A DNA stretch of 64,000 bases from Opitutus sp. GAS368 (GTDB lineage Bacteria; Verrucomicrobiota; Verrucomicrobiia; Opitutales; Opitutaceae). A program made the position numbers and the translations under genes. A model generated the notes under the pieces. The model was not told the origin of the DNA. It saw nothing but the letters and a program-made list of their open reading frames with translations, and did no database searches. Position 1 is the first letter of the stretch. Each line of letters begins with the position of its first letter. This document shows positions 10,260-20,331 of this stretch, in pieces. Where the stretch lies: the NCBI GenBank assembly GCA_945903465.1, contig CAMDOF010000012.1, forward strand, positions 18,411 through 82,410, written 5' to 3'.

Positions 10260-13200
10260 ACGATGCCGCTGAGCCAGCGCCTCGCGTGACCAAGGCCCGC
10301 GTTCGCGAGCGAGGGGAGCGCACCACCGCGCGCGTCGTCATCCGGCAAACCGCCTCGCCGAATACCCTGCGCGGTCCCGTTCGCCGCGTTCCCGTACTTA
10401 TCCAGATGTTCGTGCTCGGTCTGTCCATTCTTGGGCGTTCACTCGTCGCCCTGCCCGCGGCGGAGGTGCCTTTCACCCCACTTCCCGCGGGAGCCAGCGG
10501 ACTCATTCGCGATTCCTCGGGTAACTTTTGGGCCGTCGGTGGGCCCGCGGTCGACGGCTGCCGCCCACTCCTCGTCTTACCGGCCCAGGCGCCCTCGGCG
10601 TGGATCGAGCCCCACTTAGCGGGTTTACCCCGCGCGGCGTGGCAGGCGATTTCCCCGCAACGTGATCGGGGGATTATCGTCGATGACGGCCAGCGCGCCG
10701 TCCGCTTCGATCCGCGGACCCCAGAAGTGGGCGTGGTGGCCTGCTCACTGGCCACAGCCCGGGCTCAAGCTGCCGTGACGCCTTGGCGAATTGCGACGCG
10801 GATGCCCGCCAGCAATCATGACCTCACGGCCGCGGTTCTCGACCGCCGACTTTTTATTGCGGGTGGCGTCACTTCCGACTTCGGATTTCCTGCGACCACG
10901 CGGGCTTTCGACGTGCTGGCGGAGCTCAACCCACAGGAGTGGACCTGGCGGGACGCGGCCCGTTTTTCTCGACCGAGAATTTATTGTGCGACCGCGGCTT
11001 TCGGCGGCCGTGTCTGGATCGTGGGCGGCGATGAACTCTCGGCCGATGGCCAGCGTCGTGCGACGACCTTGGTCGAAACGTACGATCCGCGCACCGGTGT
11101 GCTGGCGCGTGCCCCTGATCTCCCCGCGGCGTGGCCCGCTCCGCTGGCGTTGGCGGCGGGTGGGCGTCTTTGGGTGATGGGTGTTCGCGAGCGGACGGAG
11201 CGGGGCCAGATGGTGAGTATTGGCCCTGAGGATACGGCGTGGCGCGTTGAGCCGGCCGCATTTCCCCAGATGGGCGCTCTCGCGGGGGCGGCGCTCGACG
11301 ACCTGCTCTACGTTTGCGTGCCCGGTACCGGTCTCGCGGTGTTCGATCCGTCGAGCAAGCAGTGGCGGGTCTTGCCTGGGCCCACTCAGCCGCGCTCGGC
11401 CCAGGTCGCCGCGTGGCGGGGAGAGCTCTGGATCGTGGGTGGTTGCGATATCGCCGATTGGAGTGAAACCCGAATTTATAATCCTGCCGAGCGCACGTGG
11501 CGGCAGGGACCGGCCCTGCCGGAGCCGTTAGCTTGGGGCGCCGCCGCGGTGGTCGCCGATCAGCTCGTCGTCACGGGCGGGGCGGCGCCGTATGGTCCGG
11601 CCCAAGCGCGTACCTACGCCTTCAGCGATCGCACGTACGTGCTCCCGGCCAGCGCGATTCCGCCGGCCGTACCGGTCGCACCGGCGGGGCCTTTGCCGCG
11701 ATGGTCCGATGCGAAATTACGCGATACGGGTGAAGTGGGCTTGCCCTTCACCACCACGCCCGTGTATCCACATTTCAAGTTCAGACGCTTGAGCTCGATT
11801 CTGCGGGTGCCTTCAGCGGAACCCGCCGCCCCGGAGCGAATGCTCGTGACGGAAGTGGAGGGTTCGGCCTGGACGTTTTTGAGCGAAGGGGAGGAGACCG
11901 CGCCGGAGCGACTGTTCGATCTGCCGGGCCATTTTAAACAAAGCACGCATACCTACGCGGTCGCTTTTCACCCCCGCTTTCCCGCGGTGCCGCATATTTT
12001 CGTGCTTTATAATCGCGTGCAGCCAAAACCCGCTGAAAATTTTATCGCGCGTTTAACGGTCACGCTCGGCGCGTCCCCGGTGGTGGATATGGGCTCGGAG
12101 CAGATCCTGCTGCAGTGGCCGAGCGATGGCCATAATGGTGGGGATCTTCGTTTTGGCCCGGAAGGTTATCTCTACGCTTCGATTGGTGACCGCAGCCAGC
12201 CGGGGGATCTTAATAATTTGGGCCAGCGGGTGGATATTATCTCGGGTGGTGTGTTGCGCCTGGATGTCGATCATCCCGCCCCCGGACAAAATTATGCGGT
12301 GCCGGCGGATAATCCTTTTGTGGGCCAGCCAGACGTACGCCCTGAATTTTGGTCTTATGGCCTGCGCAATCCGTGGCGGTTGTTTGTCGCGCCGAATGGC
12401 GAGGTCTGGACCGGTGACAACGGTGACGATAGCTGGGAAACGATTCACCTGATCAGGAAGGGGCAGAACTCCGGTTGGAGCGTTTACGAAGGCAGCCATC
12501 CCTTTAAGCGTAACCGCATGCTCGCGGGTCCGACGCCGAAGTTGACTCCGCCGGTCATCGAGCTGTCGCACGCTGAAGCGCGGTCCATGGTCGGCGGTTT
12601 AGTTTATAGCGGGACCAAGCATCCCTCCTTGCTCGGTCATTATGTTTTTGGTGATTATGTGACGGGCTCGGTCTGGGCATTTCAATGGGATGGCGCGGCT
12701 GCGCAAAATTTTCGGCGGATCGCGGATACGCGTGGCCAGATTCTCTCTTTTGGCACCGATCGGGCTGGGGAAATTTTGATGACGCGGAACGATGGTCAGA
12801 TTCATCGTTTGGACCCCGCGCCACCGCCCCAAGTGGCCAAGGCGAAATTCCCCGAGCTGCTGAGCGCGACCGGAATTTACGCGTCGACGGCGCAAAACGC
12901 GCCGGCCCCTGGTGTGGTGCCCTATGCGGTTAACGCCGGTGCCTGGTCGGATGGGGCCCGTGCTCATCGCTGGCTGGCTGTCGCGGGGTGGCAGGCCATC
13001 AAGGTGGATAGCGTAGGTGAAGGTCGTTGGAGTTTGCCTGATGGCAGTGCAGTCGCGCGGACTTTGGAGCTGTCGACTTCCCTGGGTCCGCGGCGCGTCG
13101 AAACCCAGTTGATGTACCGAGAGCACGGTGCGTGGCGTTTTTACACGTATGCATGGAACGAGGCGCAGACGGACGCCGAGCTGATCCCGGAGGCAGGTGA

Positions 13201-13780
13201 AGAGCGTGCGGTGCCGGCGCAGCCACAGCGGCGGTGGCGTTTTTCCAGTCGGGGCGAGTGCGCGGTGTGCCACACCTCGCAAACGGACTTCACGGTTGCC
13301 CTCACCACCGCACAGTTGAATCGTGATGGTGATTTGAGTGCCCTCGGCCGGCGCGTTGAGAACCAAATTGCGGCGCTGGTCGAGGTGGGCATGATCAAAC
13401 TTGAAGCGGCCGCACCGGCGGAGCTTTGGCCGAGAAAAACTGCGCCAGCTGATGTCTTTCAGCCGGTCGCGGCCCGCGCCCGCGCCTATCTCGATATTAA
13501 CTGCGCGCATTGCCATCGCACCAACGGCGTGGGCGGTCGGGCCGCGTTTCAATTGACGGAGGCAATCCCCTTGGCGCGCGCCGGCTTGATTAACGGGCAG
13601 CCGCTCGTCCCTCTGCTCGGAGGCGAGTCGAAGATTATCACCCCCGGCTTCCCGGAGCGCTCGGAAATTATCCATCGTCTCAGTATTGCGGAAGGCGGGC
13701 GCATGCCGATGCTCGGTGCACAGCAAAAGGATCAGGAAGGCGTCGACTTAATCCGCCGCTGGATTCAAGAAATGCCTTGA
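10256..13780 (+). CDS. multidomain protein: Kelch-repeat propeller + PQQ-dependent sugar dehydrogenase-like propeller + C-terminal region with two CxxCH motifs
   Basis: The ORF is open from 10193. The ATG at 10256 overlaps the upstream stop (ATGA); an alternative start is ATG 10406 (MFVLGLSILG...). Kelch-like repeats are visible (RLFIAGG, RVWIVGGD, ELWIVGG, QLVVTGG). The soluble glucose/sorbosone dehydrogenase-like core reads WPSDGHNGGDLRFGPEGYLYASIGD, YGLRNPWR, GDNGDDSWE. CAVCH and CAHCH lie near the C-terminus. Confidence 0.85.
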   Translation: MNDAAEPAPRVTKARVRERGERTTARVVIRQTASPNTLRGPVRRVPVLIQMFVLGLSILGRSLVALPAAEVPFTPLPAGASGLIRDSSGNFWAVGGPAVDGCRPLLVLPAQAPSAWIEPHLAGLPRAAWQAISPQRDRGIIVDDGQRAVRFDPRTPEVGVVACSLATARAQAAVTPWRIATRMPASNHDLTAAVLDRRLFIAGGVTSDFGFPATTRAFDVLAELNPQEWTWRDAARFSRPRIYCATAAFGGRVWIVGGDELSADGQRRATTLVETYDPRTGVLARAPDLPAAWPAPLALAAGGRLWVMGVRERTERGQMVSIGPEDTAWRVEPAAFPQMGALAGAALDDLLYVCVPGTGLAVFDPSSKQWRVLPGPTQPRSAQVAAWRGELWIVGGCDIADWSETRIYNPAERTWRQGPALPEPLAWGAAAVVADQLVVTGGAAPYGPAQARTYAFSDRTYVLPASAIPPAVPVAPAGPLPRWSDAKLRDTGEVGLPFTTTPVYPHFKFRRLSSILRVPSAEPAAPERMLVTEVEGSAWTFLSEGEETAPERLFDLPGHFKQSTHTYAVAFHPRFPAVPHIFVLYNRVQPKPAENFIARLTVTLGASPVVDMGSEQILLQWPSDGHNGGDLRFGPEGYLYASIGDRSQPGDLNNLGQRVDIISGGVLRLDVDHPAPGQNYAVPADNPFVGQPDVRPEFWSYGLRNPWRLFVAPNGEVWTGDNGDDSWETIHLIRKGQNSGWSVYEGSHPFKRNRMLAGPTPKLTPPVIELSHAEARSMVGGLVYSGTKHPSLLGHYVFGDYVTGSVWAFQWDGAAAQNFRRIADTRGQILSFGTDRAGEILMTRNDGQIHRLDPAPPPQVAKAKFPELLSATGIYASTAQNAPAPGVVPYAVNAGAWSDGARAHRWLAVAGWQAIKVDSVGEGRWSLPDGSAVARTLELSTSLGPRRVETQLMYREHGAWRFYTYAWNEAQTDAELIPEAGEERAVPAQPQRRWRFSSRGECAVCHTSQTDFTVALTTAQLNRDGDLSALGRRVENQIAALVEVGMIKLEAAAPAELWPRKTAPADVFQPVAARARAYLDINCAHCHRTNGVGGRAAFQLTEAIPLARAGLINGQPLVPLLGGESKIITPGFPERSEIIHRLSIAEGGRMPMLGAQQKDQEGVDLIRRWIQEMP

Positions 13781-14069
13781 TTTAGTGATTCGCCGAGCGC
13801 GTGAAATCGCTCCGCGGGTGATCTGCACGCATGCTGTGGCGGCCCCGGCCTCCGAAATTTATCTGATAAAATGGAGAGACGCGACCGAGCGCTTCGCGCC
13901 TCGCCGCCAGCGTACAGCGGGGTGCGCGCCCCGCTCCGCGTGGTCCGGTCTGCGCGGGGTCAGCGCTCGAGTGCTTAGAGGTGGTGTCGTCGCCCTTGCC
14001 TTCGCGTGGTGCAGCGGTGCTTAAGGCGGTCGGGTGGCGAGAAGCGATCTCGCTCGCCGCAGTTCTCGC

Positions 14070-15440
14070 TTAAACCACCCAATTGTCGCGGTAGCGGTCG
14101 CGGGTGAGCCATTTTGAGCGGCCGCCACTGGCGAACTTGTTGCGCTCAGGATTCCACTTCGCGTTCGCACCGTAGTGGTACGCGAAGTTCATGAGGTGGC
14201 ACGCAATCGCTGAACTCGCGCCCACGGCTACGTCGCAAATCGGCGGTTGGCGGCTCTTGACAGCGTCGAGGAAGTCCTGGAAGTGGGTCTTGCTGTTGTA
14301 GAGCTTGACCTTCGCATCAGCGAGGTACTCGCGCTCCGTCAGCGTGACCTCCCGCTCCATCGAGGTGCCTTTGTCCACTTCCTTGTCCCAGAATTTATGC
14401 ACCGTCTTGCCATCGAGCACCAATTCGAATTTACCGCGATTGACGTGGACTTCCCCCTCGGTGCCGTAAAAGGAGACGCCCTTGCCCTTAACGTGCGTGA
14501 GGACGGTGCCGTCAGCGTAGATGAGTTGTGCGCCGCGCTTGGCGGTCTCCCAGTTCTGCGGAGCGCGGACCTCGACGGGCCCGTTGCCGTCCATATTCAT
14601 GCCCCATTGGGCGATATCGATGTGATGGGCGCCCCAGTCGGTGATCATGCCGCCGCCAAATTCCCATGTGTTACGCCAATGCGGAAAGTGGTCGTGAATA
14701 CCGCGCGGGCTGAGCACGGGGCTGTAACCAACGAGCGGAGCGGGCCCGCACCAGAGATTCCAGTCGAGCCCAGGTTCCAAAGCCTCGGTGGGTTCGTTGA
14801 AGGGCTTGGCGGGGTCTCCAAAGGAAACGTTAATGGTACCGACGCGGCCGATGACGCCGTTGCGAACGAGTTCGCACGCGATACGAAATTCCTTGGACGA
14901 GCGCTGTTGGGAACCGGTTTGGAAGACGCGTTTAGCTTTGCGAACGGCTTTTACCAATTCGACCGCCTCGTGAATATTGTGGGTGAGCGGCTTTTCGCAG
15001 TAGACGTCTTTGCCGGCTTTTACGGCGGCGATGGCGATGTAGGCGTGCCAGTGGTCGGGTGTGGCGATCACCACCGCGTCGATGTCTTTTCGCGCGATGA
15101 TCTCTCGGAAATCGTTGTAGGCGTCGCACGAGTTGTAAGTGGCAGCGGCCTTGGCGGCATAGGCGTCGTCGACCCGTTTCTTCGCGGCTGTGCGGCGCGT
15201 GGTATCGACATCGCACACGGCGAGGACCTGGACATCATCGCGACCGATGAAGGCGCCGAGGTGGCCCTTCATCTGTTTACCCATCCCGATGCAACCGAGC
15301 GTCAGGCGTTTGCTGGGGGCGCTGGCTTGGGACCAGACCCGGTTTGGGAGAATAAACGGCGCGGCGGCGAGCAGCGCGGAATTGTGAAGAAAACGGCGGC
15401 GGGTGGTGGCGGTAGGGGGCATAGCGTCGAGAGGTTGCAC
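14070..15440 (-). CDS. Tat-signal Gfo/Idh/MocA-family oxidoreductase
   Basis: 456 aa. It has a twin-arginine signal (TTRRRFLHNSALLAAAPF) and a Rossmann start (LTLGCIGMGKQMKGH). EKP and the GGMITDWGAHHIDIAQW region are typical of the family. Confidence 0.9.
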   Translation of the reverse strand: MQPLDAMPPTATTRRRFLHNSALLAAAPFILPNRVWSQASAPSKRLTLGCIGMGKQMKGHLGAFIGRDDVQVLAVCDVDTTRRTAAKKRVDDAYAAKAAATYNSCDAYNDFREIIARKDIDAVVIATPDHWHAYIAIAAVKAGKDVYCEKPLTHNIHEAVELVKAVRKAKRVFQTGSQQRSSKEFRIACELVRNGVIGRVGTINVSFGDPAKPFNEPTEALEPGLDWNLWCGPAPLVGYSPVLSPRGIHDHFPHWRNTWEFGGGMITDWGAHHIDIAQWGMNMDGNGPVEVRAPQNWETAKRGAQLIYADGTVLTHVKGKGVSFYGTEGEVHVNRGKFELVLDGKTVHKFWDKEVDKGTSMEREVTLTEREYLADAKVKLYNSKTHFQDFLDAVKSRQPPICDVAVGASSAIACHLMNFAYHYGANAKWNPERNKFASGGRSKWLTRDRYRDNWVV

Positions 15441-15687
15441 GATCCACTTTGATTAGAGAAGCGCGTATTCGAGTTTCGGCTTTTTTTAAAGCGCCGGGGT
15501 CTTTTGATTCAGACAGACCGATCGTTGCTGACCCAGGAAAACGGAAACTACTGATGAGCGAACTGCGTGGGTTGGGAAACCGTGAGATATTTCCGAATGG
15601 TGTGGACGAAGTGCTGAGAAAGGGAACCACGGAGCAAGTTTAAGCGGCTTTCTCGCCGAGACCGTCAGATGAAGCCGACGCCTGAAA

Positions 15688-16950
15688 TTAACGTTTGGAT
15701 TTGTTCAGGACCGTTGAGGCAACGGCGGTCTTTTTCGCATTCTCGTCCGATTTAAAACATGAGCGCGAGGGTGCGAGTCGGCTGCCGCCACCTTTGGTCT
15801 GGTTGGCCCGGTGGCGGATCGTGGCGAAACTCGATTCGATTAAATGGGCGGCGCGCAGATGGCGCCCGTGCTCGGCGGGGAAGTCGTTTAAGTTCAGCAG
15901 CGCGGAGTGGTCGTTCTTCAGGCACGGGCGCGCTTTTTCGTATTTCGCCCCGTAGCGATCGAGTAACCGATCGAAGGTCGTGTTCGCGTCGTTCCTCGTC
16001 TCCGCTATCCAAATATCGTGCCGTTTTTCCTTGGCTTCTCCTGTTAGCTTCTTGGGCAATGGGTCGACGATGTGCACGGTCTTGCGCACCCCGCGGGCTG
16101 CACCCGGCACGCGGGCCAGACTTTTTCCAGCGCCGGCTAAAAGCCGAGCGCGCCTTCAGCGGCCGCCTGTTTTGGGCGGCGCTTTGATGCCCCAGCGTTT
16201 AAGATCCGGCAATACGTCCGGCGAAGACAGCTCACTTTCCCGGTCGACGGCGCTGATCGCGAGCAAGACCTTCGTCCCAGCCTTGCGCGCGTCGATGACG
16301 ACCAACCGGCACGGCCGGTTTTCGGTCGGTTGCACGTTGCCGTAAATCCCATCGGTCCCAGAGGCAGACGATTTCCTCCTGCCGGCGATCGCGCTTCGAC
16401 CACGCTGGATATTCGTCCTGCCAGCCGGCGACGAGGCGCACGATCGATGCCGGCGACAATCCGGCCGCGTTTGGCCCCAACCCTGGCGCCAACGCGGCCG
16501 GCATCGCGGAGGTCGAAATCCCTTTGAGGTAAAGCGCGGGAGTCAGGTTTTCAAACTCGGCACCCGCCGCAGGTGGGGCGGCAGGATCCGGCTGAGGAAG
16601 CGCTCGCCTTCGCGACCGTCATCGATACGGGGGGGCAAGCGCCTCGATCGCTCCGCGCCCAGTTTGCAGATTCGGGATCGCGCGGTGGCCGTTGCGCACC
16701 ACCAAACGGTGGCCGGCTTGGTTCTGCTCGGCGTAGTGGATCTCTAAATACTCTTCAAATGCGGCCGCCCAAGCCGAGACAAGCCGCCGGCGCGCGCCAG
16801 TACGTGGCGTGCTCTCCAGCTCTGATTGTCAGGTTACTGTGGTGAAGCGATCCTCCTCCTGGAGAATTTCCTCTGGTGGGTTGGGGCGTGAGCCAAAATT
16901 CTTCTGTCAGGCGGCCAGGGGGAGGGAATCATTTCGGGCCGCGTGGGTGT
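15688..16950 (-). mobile_element. IS256-family (mutator-type) transposase relic, multiply frameshifted
   Basis: The C-terminal fragment at 15688-16110 contains FPAEHGRHLRAAHLIESSFATIRHR. This matches the family signature FPxEHWxHLRTTNxIES.FATVR. Upstream pieces sit in other frames (IVYLWxDGIYGNVQ-like; HRLVVRNGHRAIPNLQTGRGAIE-like around 16230-16800). The 5' limit is approximate and no terminal repeats were identified. Confidence 0.7.
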
Positions 16951-17515
16951 TGAGGCGGTGTTTCCAGAATTCGTCGATGCGCCGGCTGCTGTGGATGCAG
17001 CGCAAGGCTTGGATATTTTCCGCGCCCGGCTCACGCCTCTCCAGTTGGGCTCGTCTTTTCGTTCAGCTTCGGACCTTCCTTTGATAAATTTGCGGCTCCA
17101 TCGTTCCATGATATCTCCTGATTTTCGTGGTCCAACTATTTTGCTGGGCGGCGCCGCTCTGGCACTGGGGGCGTTTGTTTCACGCCCGCCGGTCAGCGGC
17201 CCCATCCATGCTTCCGCGAGGGCTGGCGCCTTTGCGGGTGCCAGCGTGGCAACGGGGCGCGGCACGCCCACCGGGCCGGCCAAGGCTTTGACCGCGCCTC
17301 GCGCCTCTGACGTGCCTCTGGCTAGCGAATAATATTCTGCTTGAATCAGAAGTCCGCAACGACCGCGGCGGCCGCGTTGCCCGTGACCGAACCCTTGTTT
17401 CATGCTCTTAAGGACGAGTGGACGGCGCCAGAAGTTCTCCTTGCGCCTGGCTCCGGGCAGCATCTGCACTGAAAATCAGATCGCTCGCCCGCGGTGGGCC
17501 CCTCACATTCTCGCG

Positions 17516-18532
17516 ATGCCCTCGGCCCATCCCTTCTTGCTCGAACTCGCGCAACGCCCTCGCCGTCTTCGTCGGACCGCCAGCTTGCGTGCCATGGTGG
17601 CGGAGACGGTTCTTCGGCCCGCGGATTTTATCGCACCGCTTTTTGTCGTCGATGGCCAGGCTGCGCCCGAGGAAATCAATTCGATGCCAGGCGTTTTCCG
17701 ACTGAGCATACGCGACCTCGTCAAGGAATGCCGGGCTCTGCGTAAAGTCGGCGTGCTGGCGGTCGCCCTATTTCCCAAGCTTGGTTCGCAACTCAAGGAT
17801 GATGAGGGCACCCACGCACTCAGCGAGGATACGCTCGTCTTGCGCGCGGTACGCGCGGTTAAAAAAGCCCTGCCTGAGTTGACCGTCATTACCGATGTCG
17901 CGCTCGATCCGTACACAAGCCACGGCCACGACGGCGTGCTCACCCCAGCGCGCGACGACGTCGAAAATGACCGGAGCGTCGCGCTCCTCGCCCAGATGGC
18001 CGTGCTCCAAGCTCGTGCCGGCGTCGACCTAGTGGCTCCGAGCGATATGATGGATGGCCGGGTCGGTGCCATCCGGCGAGCGTTGGACGCGGCCGGGTTC
18101 TCCGGTACCGGTATTATGGCTTACTCTGCGAAATTTAACTCCGCGTATTATGGTCCGTTCCGAGAGGCGGTCGGCAGTGCCCAAGCGGCGGGTACCCGCT
18201 TGCTGAGTAAAGCTACTTACCAACTTAATCCCGCCAATCGACGCGAGGCGCTGACCGAGGTTCTGCTCGATGATGCCGAAGGTGCGGACATCCTGATGGT
18301 GAAGCCGGCGGGTCTCTATCTGGATATTATTCGCGACGTGCGCGAGGTAACGCGCAAGCCGGTCGCGGCTTATCAAATCTCGGGCGAATACGCGCAGATT
18401 CACGCGGCGGCTCGGCTCGGATGGCTTGATTTGGATCGCTGTCGCCATGAATCGATCCTCGCCATTAAGCGCGCGGGCGCGGATCTGATTCTCACCTATT
18501 TCGCGAAACCCATGGCCGTGGCTCTCAGGTGA
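17516..18532 (+). CDS. hemB: porphobilinogen synthase (delta-aminolevulinate dehydratase)
   Basis: 338 aa from ATG 17516 (MPSAHPFLLELAQRPRRLRRTASLR). Characteristic RPRRLR, PLFV, VAPSDMMDGRV, SAKFNSAYYGPFR and MVKPA motifs are present. Confidence 0.95.
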   Translation: MPSAHPFLLELAQRPRRLRRTASLRAMVAETVLRPADFIAPLFVVDGQAAPEEINSMPGVFRLSIRDLVKECRALRKVGVLAVALFPKLGSQLKDDEGTHALSEDTLVLRAVRAVKKALPELTVITDVALDPYTSHGHDGVLTPARDDVENDRSVALLAQMAVLQARAGVDLVAPSDMMDGRVGAIRRALDAAGFSGTGIMAYSAKFNSAYYGPFREAVGSAQAAGTRLLSKATYQLNPANRREALTEVLLDDAEGADILMVKPAGLYLDIIRDVREVTRKPVAAYQISGEYAQIHAAARLGWLDLDRCRHESILAIKRAGADLILTYFAKPMAVALR

Positions 18533-18586
18533 GCGGGGCTCCCTTTTCGGGATCCGCCGCGCTTCGTGCCAGCAGAAGTCTCCACT

Positions 18587-19180
18587 TCAAAAGGGCGAAC
18601 GCGGCACCTGCAAAGAGTCGCCGGGCATTAAGCGTGGATCTTGCGCCGGCAATTTTTGCGCGAGTTTGACATCAACTGGGTAGGCATTTTTTTCGCGCAC
18701 CACACTCACGGCGGTTTCCTTGGCGTAGAGCGTGAAACCGCCGGCGGATTGCACGGCTTTCGCCACGGTTAAATCCGACGTCCAGATGATTCGCCCCGGC
18801 CGCTGGACTTCGCCACCCACATAAATATATCGCTCCGTCACGCTCACGGAAACATCCACCGCCATATAAATTTTCTTCGCGATGTAGGTCTCGCGGATAC
18901 GCTGTGAAAATTCCGCACTGCTGCTGCCCGCCGCCGGGAGCGTACCAATAAATGGCAAGCTGATGAGCCCTTGCTCGTCGATCTGGACGGAATGGGTGGA
19001 GGCATCGGGGACACCTTGCAGCGCGATGTTTAAGCTGTCCCCCGGCCGCAGCTGAGCCGTCGACCCCGAAACGGGGATCAGGGGGTTCATCGGTACCACC
19101 GCCGTTGTTTCACAGCCCGCGCTGCCCACCAGAATAGCGAGTGCGGCAACCTGCTTCCGAGCGCGCTGAAAGAAAACCAT
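18587..19180 (-). CDS. polysaccharide export lipoprotein (Wza-like Poly_export + SLBB)
   Basis: The ATG at 19180 gives MVFFQRARKQVAALAILVGSAGC with a lipobox. PGDSLNI...IDEQGLISLPFIGTLPAAG is the export motif. VGGEVQRPGRI is the SLBB-type segment. Confidence 0.8.
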   Translation of the reverse strand: MVFFQRARKQVAALAILVGSAGCETTAVVPMNPLIPVSGSTAQLRPGDSLNIALQGVPDASTHSVQIDEQGLISLPFIGTLPAAGSSSAEFSQRIRETYIAKKIYMAVDVSVSVTERYIYVGGEVQRPGRIIWTSDLTVAKAVQSAGGFTLYAKETAVSVVREKNAYPVDVKLAQKLPAQDPRLMPGDSLQVPRSPF

Positions 19181-19268
19181 GGTCGATGGTCGTGGTCCAA
19201 ACGAATAGGAAAAGCAACGTATCACGTGGCGTGTTTTTCGCGGAAGCGACCCCGCTTCGGCGTGAGCC

Positions 19269-19299
19269 AAAAAAAACGGCAGCCTAAAAAGGCTGCCGT
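19269..19299 (-). terminator. rho-independent terminator downstream of the acidic-tail protein gene
   Basis: On the minus strand: CGGCAGCC-UUUUUA-GGCUGCCG (8-9 bp perfect stem) followed by eight U. Confidence 0.7.
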
Positions 19300-19330
19300 T
19301 GTGAGGATTCTCCGCGTCACGCGAAGCCTT

Positions 19331-20152
19331 CTAGCGTTTAGATTTGCCCTTCTTTTTCGGCTTCTCGTCCTCGTCCTCGTCATCGTCATCCTCCTCTTCG
19401 TCCTCCTCCTCATCCTCATCATCATCACCCTTGGCCGCGCTTTTAGTCTTTTTCTTTTCATCGCCCGTACCCTCCTTGCCGCCTTCCTCTTCTTCCTCCC
19501 CATCCCATTTCAGCGATTCGTCGTTCTTCAGCTTCGCCTCCTCTTCTTCGTCCAGCTCCGGCACATCCTCGCTGGCGTCATCCTCGGTGTCCTTGGCGGG
19601 GGCCTCGTCGTCGCCCTCGTAGCCAGCGGGCATATAGTCAAGAATAGCCGTACACTCTTCAAAGCAGTGGACCGCCTTACCTTGAATGAAACTGCTGTTC
19701 TGGTCCTCCCGAATCTCGTCCTCAACCTCGTCCACTGAGAGCTTGGATTCAAATGCAAAGAGGTCGTTGAGCATTTTCACCCGACAGCGGGTCAAATGAT
19801 CAATAAGATCTGCATAGGGCCCGTTTTCCTCGTCGAGACTATCGGGTAGCGCGAAGAGTTTTTCTTCCGAATCGATCAGGGATGACTTTATCCGCCGCAG
19901 GCGGACTTTTCCATTGCCGAGATCCTTATCGATTCGGAAAGGGATGAAAGCTGACTCGAAGATGTCTTGGTCAAACCCATAGTCGCGGAGAGCATCGATG
20001 AGCTCGATCAGGTGCTGGAGTTGCCGCGGATCAATAATGCTTAGGCCATCCACGTCCCAGCGCACGGGGTCGCTGGTCTCCGCGACCCACCAGTTATGAT
20101 CTTCGCCTAAACGAACAATGGACCAGTCAAGAATGGAAATTGCTTTAGCCAT
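19331..20152 (-). CDS. hypothetical protein with a poly-acidic C-terminal tail
   Basis: 273-aa ORF. The N-terminal ~175 aa look globular and acidic. The tail is D/E runs (DDDEDEEEDEEEDDDDEDEDE) ending in the basic KPKKKGKSKR. The gene is visibly more A/T-rich than its neighbours. I recognised no family. Confidence 0.7.
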   Translation of the reverse strand: MAKAISILDWSIVRLGEDHNWWVAETSDPVRWDVDGLSIIDPRQLQHLIELIDALRDYGFDQDIFESAFIPFRIDKDLGNGKVRLRRIKSSLIDSEEKLFALPDSLDEENGPYADLIDHLTRCRVKMLNDLFAFESKLSVDEVEDEIREDQNSSFIQGKAVHCFEECTAILDYMPAGYEGDDEAPAKDTEDDASEDVPELDEEEEAKLKNDESLKWDGEEEEEGGKEGTGDEKKKTKSAAKGDDDEDEEEDEEEDDDDEDEDEKPKKKGKSKR

Positions 20153-20331
20153 GTAAAATCAGATGAAATTTTTCGCAGCGTGTTATTGCAAATCGAAAAA
20201 ACAAGCACAAAAGCAGCGGGGTTCTCATCCTTAATTTTCCTTGATGAAAATACTCAACGCCTCCCTCGCGAGCTGGGCGCGGGCCAGCGCTCCTTGCCAT
20301 CTCGTCACCAAATTTTAACCTGAGAGTATTT

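Noticed and set aside
12599-13726. Long antisense ORFs overlapping confident genes. Examples are 12599-13726(-), 6512-7705(+), 39719-40708(-), 44397-45494(-), 51670-52728(-), 51989-52960(-), 56740-57504(-) and 61870-63186(-).
   Set aside because: These are typical high-GC shadow ORFs. Their translations are Arg/Pro/Gly/Ala-rich with no motifs, while the opposite strand carries clear family signatures.
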